From positions 1-29,012 of IMG/VR virus record IMGVR_UViG_3300033178_000167: DNA of 29,012 nucleotides; one strand, 5' to 3'. Below the pieces are notes generated by a model. The model searched no databases. It was not told the origin of the DNA and saw only the letters and a list, made by a program, of their open reading frames with translations. The translations under genes were made by a program, and so were the position numbers. Positions 1-6,906 of the stretch are shown piece after piece (the stretch's first letter is position 1; every line of letters begins with the position of its first letter). This DNA is from a virus.

Positions 1-83
1 TGTGGGGTTTTGTTGTGTGGTGTTACTTCCGGGTAGTCTGTCGGAAAGTATATTACTTGGTTTGGGGTTCATATTGTATCTGG

Positions 84-104
84 GGTAGGGTGTGCTCCTA
101 CCCT
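84..104 (-). terminator. Hairpin downstream of the holin-like gene
   Basis: GGGTAGG/CCTACCC 7-bp stem with 7-nt loop just after the stop codon. Confidence 0.3.
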
Positions 105-122
105 GTTTTTATTCACTTGTTT

Positions 123-320
123 TTATGCTGATTCTTCTTTGGCTTGTCGTGGGTAGTATGCGTTGAACACTACTATGAGTAATGGTACGAGTGAAACGAA
201 CTTAGTGTAGAAGCCCCCCATGAGTGGTTCGACCAGTGCGGGGTCTGCTAGTATTGCTGCGAATATTATCATTGCTCCCGATATAATGTAGGTTGATAGT
301 TTTCCATAATCCATAATCAA
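123..320 (-). CDS. Small 2-TM membrane protein, holin-like
   Basis: 65 aa, two hydrophobic segments, charged C-terminus (RQAKEESA), GGAGA SD, TTG-ATT-ATG dual-start-like N-terminus. Holin function is inference. Confidence 0.5.
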   Translation of the reverse strand: MIMDYGKLSTYIISGAMIIFAAILADPALVEPLMGGFYTKFVSLVPLLIVVFNAYYPRQAKEESA

Positions 321-338
321 TCATCTCCAATATTGTTT

Positions 339-434
339 TTATCTGCATTTAAGGTATAATCCCAAGTGGGTGACTGGTTTCCAGTTCCCTAGGATGTACT
401 GTTCTATATATCCATTTGCGTGTGTGGTTGCCAT
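339..434 (-). CDS. Hypothetical microprotein (31 aa, MATTHANGY...)
   Basis: Manually translated, GGAGGGG SD upstream; below the ORF-track cutoff. Confidence 0.35.
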   Translation of the reverse strand: MATTHANGYIEQYILGNWKPVTHLGLYLKCR

Positions 435-632
435 GCATTATCCCCTCCAAGGATGTTTAATTCAATGTTTCTCTTTTTTTTATAATGGCGGGTATTGGGG
501 GGTTTAAAAGGGGAGGGGTGAATTACGCCCACCATAGCCCCCGGGGGGTTTACCTATCGCCATAAAAAAAATATATAAAATAATTGTGTTTGTTTGCTCT
601 AAAAGTTGAGTAACTATTTATATATAATTGCT

Positions 633-1037
633 CTAGAAGTTGAGTAAAGCATTATTTCTGTATGTGTGGTGTGCTATTTCCCACGGCGTAGGCTCAGGTA
701 CTGGTTGAGTTGGTTCCATTTCGGGAACAACTGGTTCGGGTTCATAGTACCTTTCCAATCGTGCCCGTGCACCATCCCCATGCTTATCATAACCAGTGCA
801 ACCATCATAATCGGCATCACAGTGGCTACAGGTTATTTCCCCTTCATACGTTCCTTTAGGGTTTAATAATAAGCAGTTGTGATGATGGCACAAAGGACAA
901 TAATCCATGTAAGTGTAGTATCCAGTGTAGCCTCCGTACATTCCTCCAGGGTGGAAGTAGCCTTCTATGGTGTTGGTACCATAACATTGAGGTAGTATCA
1001 CCATAAATAAAAGTAGTAAAATAAAAATACGCTTAAT
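633..1037 (-). CDS. Secreted/membrane-anchored Cys/His-rich protein, probable ATT start
   Basis: CPLC...CSHC...C motifs and Pro/Glu-rich tail. The in-frame upstream extension IKRIFILLLLF completes a signal peptide, and GAGGTGA lies 4 nt before the ATT at 1037. The track ATG is at 1004. Confidence 0.6.
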   Translation of the reverse strand: MKRIFILLLLFMVILPQCYGTNTIEGYFHPGGMYGGYTGYYTYMDYCPLCHHHNCLLLNPKGTYEGEITCSHCDADYDGCTGYDKHGDGARARLERYYEPEPVVPEMEPTQPVPEPTPWEIAHHTYRNNALLNF

Positions 1038-1148
1038 TCGATCACCTCTGTTGTATAAATTTTTTATCCAGTTGTATACATCTTTGAATCAATCTGAGGT
1101 GCCACTAATATGTTTAAGGTCATTTCTGACCATCATAATACATAATTA

Positions 1149-1232
1149 TCACCGTTCCACGTCTGTGTATAACAAGTAACCAATCATAAAGAGTAATAAA
1201 ACCAGTACAAACCATGCAACCGTATAATTCAT
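1149..1232 (-). CDS. Single-TM microprotein (27 aa, MNYTVAWFVLVLLLF...)
   Basis: C-terminal part of track ORF 1149..1331; its ATG directly follows the stop of 1234..1392. Confidence 0.45.
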   Translation of the reverse strand: MNYTVAWFVLVLLLFMIGYLLYTDVER

Positions 1233-1233
1233 A

Positions 1234-1392
1234 TTAATCAACACCATAAATCCATATTTTAGGTTTATTCTCATTGTAAAGTTGGATATGGACATACGGA
1301 CATCCTGGGAGATGTTCTGGCGTGTAGCCATGACAGTAAGGACAATAGGTATTTAAACTATATTCTGTTCCATCTGTAAGAGTTTGTTTCAT
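1234..1392 (-). CDS. Small Zn-binding protein (52 aa)
   Basis: GGTGA SD; MKQTLTDGTEYSLNTYCPYCHGYTPEHLPGCPY..., with CxxC plus H/C ligands. Confidence 0.55.
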   Translation of the reverse strand: MKQTLTDGTEYSLNTYCPYCHGYTPEHLPGCPYVHIQLYNENKPKIWIYGVD

Positions 1393-1401
1393 TAAATCAC
1401 C

Positions 1402-1527
1402 TTAATTATACATACTAAGATTCATGTTATCCCGTCTGGTATCCCGTACCCGCACACCCTGCCAGTACCACTCCGCAATCTCACGACTAGTCATACCTAA
1501 TGGGTTGTACAAGACAGCATCCATCAT
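1402..1527 (-). CDS. Hypothetical microprotein (41 aa)
   Basis: MMDAVLYNPLGMTSREIAEWYWQG...; fills the gap between co-oriented genes. Confidence 0.4.
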   Translation of the reverse strand: MMDAVLYNPLGMTSREIAEWYWQGVRVRDTRRDNMNLSMYN

Positions 1528-1538
1528 TAACACTTGAT

Positions 1539-1835
1539 TCACTCCCAATCCTCCCTGAACAATATACTATCAAACCTATCACGGAACATGGCAGTTAACT
1601 GGTAGAAACGTTCACAATCGACGGTAAGGGTGTCACCAGTGATATAAACCCCATCATCATAGGGATAAAACCGTATAGATAAACCTAACTCCTTACTAAT
1701 CTTATTCAACAATTTACAAATGTCATAATCAGTATAAAAACAATCCACGGGTGTTTCCTGGGTGATGATATTATCAATGTCACTGGTTAAGGTTAGGATA
1801 CGACCATCACCTTCACCCTCTATTATCATCAACAT
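1539..1835 (-). CDS. Hypothetical protein
   Basis: 98-aa ORF in a tight operon. Confidence 0.7.
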   Translation of the reverse strand: MLMIIEGEGDGRILTLTSDIDNIITQETPVDCFYTDYDICKLLNKISKELGLSIRFYPYDDGVYITGDTLTVDCERFYQLTAMFRDRFDSILFREDWE

Positions 1836-1839
1836 GTTT

Positions 1840-1965
1840 TTATTCCTCGTCTGGTCTGCTCCGGGCTAACTCATCCTCTAACATTTCACGCATCAACCGA
1901 CAAAACCGTACATCCCGTCGGTGTACTTTCTGGCAGTCCTGCTTATGCAGTGAATCGGATAACAT
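1840..1965 (-). CDS. Hypothetical microprotein (41 aa)
   Basis: MLSDSLHKQDCQKVHRR...; fills the operon gap exactly. Confidence 0.35.
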   Translation of the reverse strand: MLSDSLHKQDCQKVHRRDVRFCRLMREMLEDELARSRPDEE

Positions 1966-1967
1966 AC

Positions 1968-2303
1968 TCATTCATGCTCCGAAACAACCAAACCACTTAA
2001 AAGGTTACGATTACCCTCATCAATCATCCGGAAAACTTGGCTTTCATGGTGGTCAACACATTCCACCACGCCACGCTTATCACAGTAATCCATATATTCT
2101 ATGTGACTCTTCTCATGGAGGATGAGATCAGCAAGAGAATAACGAACTAAACTAGGAATATTGCCTTTGATAACAATCAAAGGAGGGTCACGATTTGGAT
2201 AAATCTCTGCGGTTGGTAAAGTAGCCCTAACCTTCTTTATAATTATTTCAAAGTCATCGAAACAATCCAGCATACTAACTACTTTATCAAGATGTGATTT
2301 CAA
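1968..2303 (-). CDS. Small zincin-like metallopeptidase (SprT/WLM/DUF45-like)
   Basis: HExxH motif (LILHEKSH) followed by DHHESQVFR, resembling the distal H..F motif of these families. Confidence 0.6.
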   Translation of the reverse strand: MKSHLDKVVSMLDCFDDFEIIIKKVRATLPTAEIYPNRDPPLIVIKGNIPSLVRYSLADLILHEKSHIEYMDYCDKRGVVECVDHHESQVFRMIDEGNRNLLSGLVVSEHE

Positions 2304-2315
2304 AAAAAATCCTCC

Positions 2316-3089
2316 TTATTTATAAATTTCTTCAAAAACAAGATCATGGACTATTTCAGCAGATAAGGGGTCTTCATATAGATTTAATGATTTTTGGTGC
2401 CCCTTGATTACGATATAAGAACGCCAACACCTTTTTTCCGGATCCATTTTTTTGATATATGTGGTTCCTGTAAATCCAAATAGGCCGTTTCCCCTTTTGG
2501 AAAGCCCATATTTTTTCCTGGCATCTTCGGATCGGGTTTTACCCTTATTACTAATACTTAATTTTTTGCGTGTGCTTTTTGAAGGAGATACCCCATAAAA
2601 TGGATTATTTTCTCCTTTTTTAGCTTCACTCATCTTTTTACAGGTTTCTTTAGATAATTTTCTACCCATAAGTGATTCACTTATCTTTTTACGGGTTTCT
2701 GTTGAGTGAAATTCCCCATACATCCCATGACTTTCGCCACTATTTTTTAAACTAATTTTTTGTTTAGTTTCTGGAGAATGTTTCCCATTTGCCCCTCCAC
2801 TTTGAAAGTTATATCCTTTAGAATGGTTTAAACAATCATAATAAGTAATATAGGCTACTTCAAGCTCATCCAACGTTTTTTTATCTGTGGCATAATTTAA
2901 AACAATAAATTTAAAATTAGATTCACCATATTTATTAAAAGCATTCTGTAAATGAAAGTTTGCATGCCTTCTATTTTTTAAATTATAAAAATGATGATAT
3001 TTCCTAAGGCAGGGGTTTGAAGTTGTCAACCCAATATAAATCTTACCGTTCACCAGATTTTCTATTTTATAGATATATCCATATACCAT
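2316..3089 (-). CDS. Free-standing GIY-YIG homing endonuclease 1 (GIY-YIG + NUMOD3-like repeats + AP2-like C-terminus)
   Basis: GYIYKIENLVNGKIYIGLT, HFYNL, HANFHLQNAFNKYG, ELE, GYN motifs. Five HS.ET.KK.S...G repeats. C-terminal GFTG...WRSYI...LNLYEDPLSA. True start MVYGY at 3089 with an AGGAG SD; the track extension to 3182 is the RNA leader. Confidence 0.9.
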   Translation of the reverse strand: MVYGYIYKIENLVNGKIYIGLTTSNPCLRKYHHFYNLKNRRHANFHLQNAFNKYGESNFKFIVLNYATDKKTLDELEVAYITYYDCLNHSKGYNFQSGGANGKHSPETKQKISLKNSGESHGMYGEFHSTETRKKISESLMGRKLSKETCKKMSEAKKGENNPFYGVSPSKSTRKKLSISNKGKTRSEDARKKYGLSKRGNGLFGFTGTTYIKKMDPEKRCWRSYIVIKGHQKSLNLYEDPLSAEIVHDLVFEEIYK

Positions 3090-3184
3090 ATTTTTTAACT
3101 CCTTTAGATTCACGCCCTTAACTCCTACTTTTACGCCTTTGTGATAGGCGTGGTGAGGAGTGGAGTTAAGAATACTCCTCACAC
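3090..3184 (-). ncRNA. Structured 5' leader, copy 1 (alternative-pseudoknot translational switch)
   Basis: P1 3182-3174/3161-3153. Loop CUUAACUCC is complementary to 3125-3117 and, over 8 nt, to the SD region 3102-3095. P2 3151-3146/3138-3133, with alternative partner 3116-3111. Covaries with the 9033-9126 copy. Confidence 0.75.
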
Positions 3185-3207
3185 AAGATAATATATGAAC
3201 TTTAAAG

Positions 3208-3220
3208 TATATAAATCCTT
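3208..3220 (-). promoter_or_regulatory. Archaeal TATA/BRE promoter of the GIY-YIG 1 cassette
   Basis: AAGGA-TTTATATA about 23 nt upstream of the leader 5' end. Confidence 0.6.
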
Positions 3221-3985
3221 TTAATTCGTTTTCATGAGCTCTTTGGCTCTTTGGTCAATATAAAATATTTTATGATCTACTCTAACATCTTTATCAATTG
3301 AAAGGTGTAAAAAGGCTTCTGGAAGAATTGGTAACTGCATACTGTCACTATACCCCCCATATCCAAGGAATGCTCCCGTAAAAGCATAGTACCTTCTTTT
3401 AAGCCCATCATGGGTTCTTATTGGAATTGTGAAACATTGGCAACGGTGATTATGGCCATTTAAATAAATTGTAGCATTAATTGCCTGAGTATTCCTGATA
3501 AATGCACTTTCGGCAGTATAATGGTGTTTTGAACTGCCTCGGCCATGTGCAAGATAAATATCAATAATTTCATCATTTACTTTAAAACTGTCAATTGTTT
3601 GATTCCCATAATCACAATTTAAAGCATTAGCTATAATCCGGGTTAAATCAAGGTCATAGTCTTTCTCTAATCTTAACTCATGGTTTCCTTTACATAAATA
3701 AACTATATCATCTTTGAATGGTTTGAAAAAGTTTATAACATAATCAAGTTGATCATCAAGACTCATGGTTGCTTTAAATGCACTGTTGGCTAACTGTTTG
3801 GTTGCTGATTCTGCCAGATCCCCCATGAGGTATATTCGTTTTGGGTTTTTGATTCTGGTTACTAAATCAGCCCAATAGTTTAGGTAGTCCTCATTAAACT
3901 CAGGGCTACCTATATGGAGGTCCCCACAAGGAAGTATATACACCCTTTCTTTATCTTTTAACGTATAACTGTCCAAGTCAACCAA
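3221..3985 (-). CDS. Calcineurin-like metallophosphoesterase
   Basis: All five motifs present: GDLHIG, GDLAE, KGNHE, AHG, GHNH. Confidence 0.85.
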   Translation of the reverse strand: MVDLDSYTLKDKERVYILPCGDLHIGSPEFNEDYLNYWADLVTRIKNPKRIYLMGDLAESATKQLANSAFKATMSLDDQLDYVINFFKPFKDDIVYLCKGNHELRLEKDYDLDLTRIIANALNCDYGNQTIDSFKVNDEIIDIYLAHGRGSSKHHYTAESAFIRNTQAINATIYLNGHNHRCQCFTIPIRTHDGLKRRYYAFTGAFLGYGGYSDSMQLPILPEAFLHLSIDKDVRVDHKIFYIDQRAKELMKTN

Positions 3986-4061
3986 ACCCCCATCTTTGTT
4001 TATAAGAATAAATAAGTGTTTATAAATGGTTATAGTAAAAAAACTATAATATTATAGTAAA

Positions 4062-4083
4062 AGTACAATAGTCCTATTGTACT
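4062..4083. promoter_or_regulatory. Perfect 10-bp inverted repeat, operator candidate
   Basis: AGTACAATAG-TC-CTATTGTACT upstream of a TTTATAAA box (4020-4027) before the phosphoesterase. Confidence 0.4.
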
Positions 4084-4120
4084 GCAATAAGTTCAATTTC
4101 TTAATTGAACCAAATACGGT

Positions 4121-4219
4121 TCAATCTTCGTCCTCTTTCTTTGAGGGTGCGAAACTCCGATGATCCGTATCCCGTTTCCAGTAATGGTCATAGTAATGTT
4201 GATTGTCATTCAAAGCCAT
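4121..4219 (-). CDS. Hypothetical microprotein (32 aa)
   Basis: MALNDNQHYYDHYWKRD...; GGTGA SD. Confidence 0.3.
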   Translation of the reverse strand: MALNDNQHYYDHYWKRDTDHRSFAPSKKEDED

Positions 4220-4225
4220 ACCCTT

Positions 4226-4567
4226 TCACCTTCTCATCGGATCATAATCTAAATGTCTTCGGTCAGGAACACTCCTACCAGATAAATACAAACTCCCATA
4301 ACTAGCATAATAATGATGAAATGGGCCAATAATATGACAATAACGATTCTCAAACGGGTAACTGATTTGTTCCCTACCAGCAACATAAGCCGGGGGACCA
4401 CTTAATACAAGTCCGCATCCTTTGCAGACTATTTCATCCCGTATTAGGTCATGTTCAAAGTTACTATGGTGTGTGTCACACTCTGGACACTGCGTGTGTG
4501 TAATTAGTTTAATGGTGTCGTTTACAGTTTCTAAGCCTTCATCTAAACTTATATTTGTTTCTTCCAC
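4226..4567 (-). CDS. TFIIB/TFB-type zinc-ribbon protein (no cyclin folds)
   Basis: CPECDTHHSNFEHDLIRDEIVCKGCGLVL matches the TFB N-terminal ribbon pattern CPxC...D..RGE.VC..CG.V. Confidence 0.65.
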   Translation of the reverse strand: MEETNISLDEGLETVNDTIKLITHTQCPECDTHHSNFEHDLIRDEIVCKGCGLVLSGPPAYVAGREQISYPFENRYCHIIGPFHHYYASYGSLYLSGRSVPDRRHLDYDPMRR

Positions 4568-4703
4568 CGATAATGTAATGTTTTAACCCCCAAAAGTGTA
4601 AAAGAATTTAAAACCGGTTTTTGGGGAGGGGATGGAGAATTTCACTTGACAATTTCCATTCACTCCCTTCATTAGAACACAGTTACCATTTAGAGAAAAA
4701 GTA

Positions 4704-4994
4704 TTAGTCCTCTAAACTATCAATTATTGCAGACTTTAATTTAAACCGCCTCATTGATTTAGCAATTACCACCATTTCTTTCTCAAAATCATCACACATA
4801 TGAGGTCCTAATCTATCAGACCCTAATGGGTCTTTCCGGTCTTGCCATCCCCTTCGTCTCCTAAGTTTCCGATATTTGGCTACTCGTATTCTTACCTTTT
4901 CCCTTGTTGCTATCCTTGAACATTCTTCTCCACAGTATTTTTGACGGTTGCTTTTTGGATGAAATTCTGTTCCACACAAAGGGCAAATTTTCAT
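4704..4994 (-). CDS. Small Zn-finger protein with basic helix
   Basis: KICPLCGTEF...QKYCGEECSR followed by an Arg/Lys-rich segment. Confidence 0.65.
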   Translation of the reverse strand: MKICPLCGTEFHPKSNRQKYCGEECSRIATREKVRIRVAKYRKLRRRRGWQDRKDPLGSDRLGPHMCDDFEKEMVVIAKSMRRFKLKSAIIDSLED

Positions 4995-5001
4995 TAAAAA
5001 G

Positions 5002-5817
5002 CTACCCCCTTGCTAATGATTCCCCAAACCATCCAAGTACATATTTAGAAAAAATATTAACCCACCACTTACGCTTAAAATTAGTCTTAGCGTGACAAGA
5101 TAGACAGAGAGTAATCAAATTCAATGGAGATGAGTTTTCTTTATTATAATCAATATGATGAACTACTAACCCCCATTTAGCCCCACATAATTGACACTGA
5201 TCCTTATCTCTCTTTTTAATCCGATCTTTTAATTTATCATTAAATTCAAGTGGATAAACCTCGTCCCCTATCCCTTTGTAATAATAAGGACGTTCCTTTT
5301 CAATAGCACATTTTGTACTACAATAAATCATTTCACTTTCTATAAATCTATGAGCTAATCTCTTTTTTCCAAATCTAATCTTTTCAGAAAGTATATTGTA
5401 ATTTTTAGAGTTTACAACATATTTTCTATTCTTTTTAATATTCTTACCGCAATTGTGACATTTTGTTACAAATTTATAATCATAACAATCAGGACATAAT
5501 GGAACAAAATTTTTATAATTAAACTGTTTTCCACATTTTTTACATGTCTGTTTTCGTAGTTCCGTTTCCCTACATAATTTAGAGCAATATACATTTTTAG
5601 CGTTTATATATTTCTCATGAATATAAAAAGGCTTGCCACACTTCTTACACGTTTTAAGAATATGGTCATCCTGCCCTTGCTTATAACAGTCATAAGAACA
5701 ATATTCCTTTTTCCATTCATCTCTTTTAAGTAGACTTTTACCAGGGTTGAATAACTGTTTACATGATGGACATTCAATTTTATTTCCATCTCTGGCTAAG
5801 ATTTTTTTAGTTTCCAT
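5002..5817 (-). CDS. HNH endonuclease with multiple N-terminal Cys4 Zn fingers
   Basis: RDKDQCQLCG...VVHHIDYNKENSSPLNLITLCLSCHAK is a canonical HNH core; at least 4 CxxC...YCS..C repeats. The frame stays open upstream to about 5928 and encodes one more finger (see findings). Confidence 0.85.
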   Translation of the reverse strand: METKKILARDGNKIECPSCKQLFNPGKSLLKRDEWKKEYCSYDCYKQGQDDHILKTCKKCGKPFYIHEKYINAKNVYCSKLCRETELRKQTCKKCGKQFNYKNFVPLCPDCYDYKFVTKCHNCGKNIKKNRKYVVNSKNYNILSEKIRFGKKRLAHRFIESEMIYCSTKCAIEKERPYYYKGIGDEVYPLEFNDKLKDRIKKRDKDQCQLCGAKWGLVVHHIDYNKENSSPLNLITLCLSCHAKTNFKRKWWVNIFSKYVLGWFGESLARG

Positions 5818-5951
5818 TCTCGCATCCGAACAGTTTTTACAACAGCATATATGTTTTGGTTGACATTTGATTTTTTCATACTCTTTACCACACCATGCAC
5901 AAATCTTTGACGTTTTAACTCCCCCATATTAATTATATTAGTCCATTATAC

Positions 5952-5969
5952 TATATAAAGATTTATATA
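5952..5969. promoter_or_regulatory. Back-to-back TATA boxes (TATATAAA-GA-TTTATATA)
   Basis: Perfect inverted repeat; the minus-strand box lies 24 nt before the ATG at 5927. Confidence 0.5.
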
Positions 5970-6031
5970 CTTCTTAATCCAATAATATTAATCCCTTGAA
6001 TGATTTTCATCACCTTGGAATAAAAAAAATG

Positions 6032-6190
6032 TTAATCATCCCCCTTTATATCAATCCCGTGCTTCTTTAACACTTCTAACGGAGCGATATAGTTTTTAGA
6101 TTCCCATCCATAATTATCACTCCAGAAATATCCTAAATCGTACATTAATGATTTAAATTCTTTTACTGGTAAATCTATTTGTAGTTTCAT
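6032..6190 (-). CDS. Hypothetical protein (52 aa)
   Basis: MKLQIDLPVKEFKSLMYDLGYFWSDNYGWES...; GGAGG SD; followed by a T-run. Confidence 0.55.
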   Translation of the reverse strand: MKLQIDLPVKEFKSLMYDLGYFWSDNYGWESKNYIAPLEVLKKHGIDIKGDD

Positions 6191-6196
6191 CTTGTA

Positions 6197-6424
6197 TCAT
6201 TCCTCCTCTTCTTCTAACATTTCACGATACAAATCTCCCTGCATCCAATTCCCATTAGGCCCCCACACTACAATATTATCCCTAATCTCTTTACAACACA
6301 TGCCGGGGCCTTCCAATACTACTTTAACTTCTTTACCTTCATTGTTGGTTACATTGAAGGTTATCCTTTGCTTACCTTCTAATATTTTCTTTAATACATC
6401 CATGTTATACGCCTCCGCTTTCAA
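6197..6424 (-). CDS. Hypothetical protein
   Basis: 75-aa ORF, GGGTGA SD. Confidence 0.7.
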   Translation of the reverse strand: MKAEAYNMDVLKKILEGKQRITFNVTNNEGKEVKVVLEGPGMCCKEIRDNIVVWGPNGNWMQGDLYREMLEEEEE

Positions 6425-6427
6425 CGT

Positions 6428-6580
6428 TCACCCTTTCACCCCCTCAGTCGTGGTTTGTTGTAGTGTCCAACACGACAAGTGATATATTTCCTTAGAGGTA
6501 TGGTCATATTTGAATCCCCGATTATCACTGGATGGGAGTATGAATACTTTTTCCCGACAGATAGGACAAACATCACTCAT
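6428..6580 (-). CDS. Zn-finger microprotein, paralog A (50 aa)
   Basis: MSDVCPICREKVFILPSSDNRGFKYDHTSKEIYHLSCW...; paralog at 9317..9472. Confidence 0.65.
   Translation of the reverse strand: MSDVCPICREKVFILPSSDNRGFKYDHTSKEIYHLSCWTLQQTTTEGVKG
6433..6527. repeat. Direct repeat 2A (95 bp, 91/95 identical to 9328..9422)
   Basis: Manual alignment, 4 mismatches. Confidence 0.9.
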
Positions 6581-6906
6581 CATTTCACCGTCCAAACACT
6601 CTCATAATTCCCCTCATAATCTAAAAATCCTAAATGATTCACATTTCCATTCTCAAAATCAAGTTCGGTAAGGCCTTCCATGGAAGGGATACTATCAACC
6701 GTAACCCAATAATCACAACCTTTGTGTTTACAAATAAAATGGCCTTCAAAAGTTAATGCAATTAAAAAAGGATTATCGTTATTAGGCACATCAACATACG
6801 ACCGAAAGATGGTTCTTTCAGTAACTGGTAGAATATATCCAGTTATATCTCCAGGGAATACGCATCCTTCAAATGCTTTAAAGATTGGTATCCTAATGTC
6901 TTCCAT
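6580..6906 (-). CDS. Hypothetical protein
   Basis: 108-aa ORF coupled to its neighbours. Confidence 0.75.
   Translation of the reverse strand: MEDIRIPIFKAFEGCVFPGDITGYILPVTERTIFRSYVDVPNNDNPFLIALTFEGHFICKHKGCDYWVTVDSIPSMEGLTELDFENGNVNHLGFLDYEGNYESVWTVK

Noticed and set aside
1040-1148. SD-preceded ATG (MYYDGQK*) and other short frames
   Set aside because: All frames stop within 7-20 codons, so no supportable gene.
3090-3182. Track N-terminal extensions of the GIY-YIG ORFs (3182 and 9155 starts)
   Set aside because: The extensions are not conserved between paralogs at protein level, overlap the promoter/leader RNA, and both genes have an SD 9 nt before MVYGY.
3090-3184. Known self-cleaving ribozyme (pistol, HDV/theta, twister, hammerhead) or omega/HEARO guide RNA
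   Set aside because: The catalytic consensus nucleotides were not seen by eye, the nuclease is GIY-YIG rather than IscB/TnpB, and the pairing is centred on the SD. Needs Infernal to exclude formally.
2316-3220. Group I or BHB intron hosting the endonucleases
   Set aside because: Flanking genes look complete on both sides of each cassette, there are no split reading frames, and no recognisable group I core is present.
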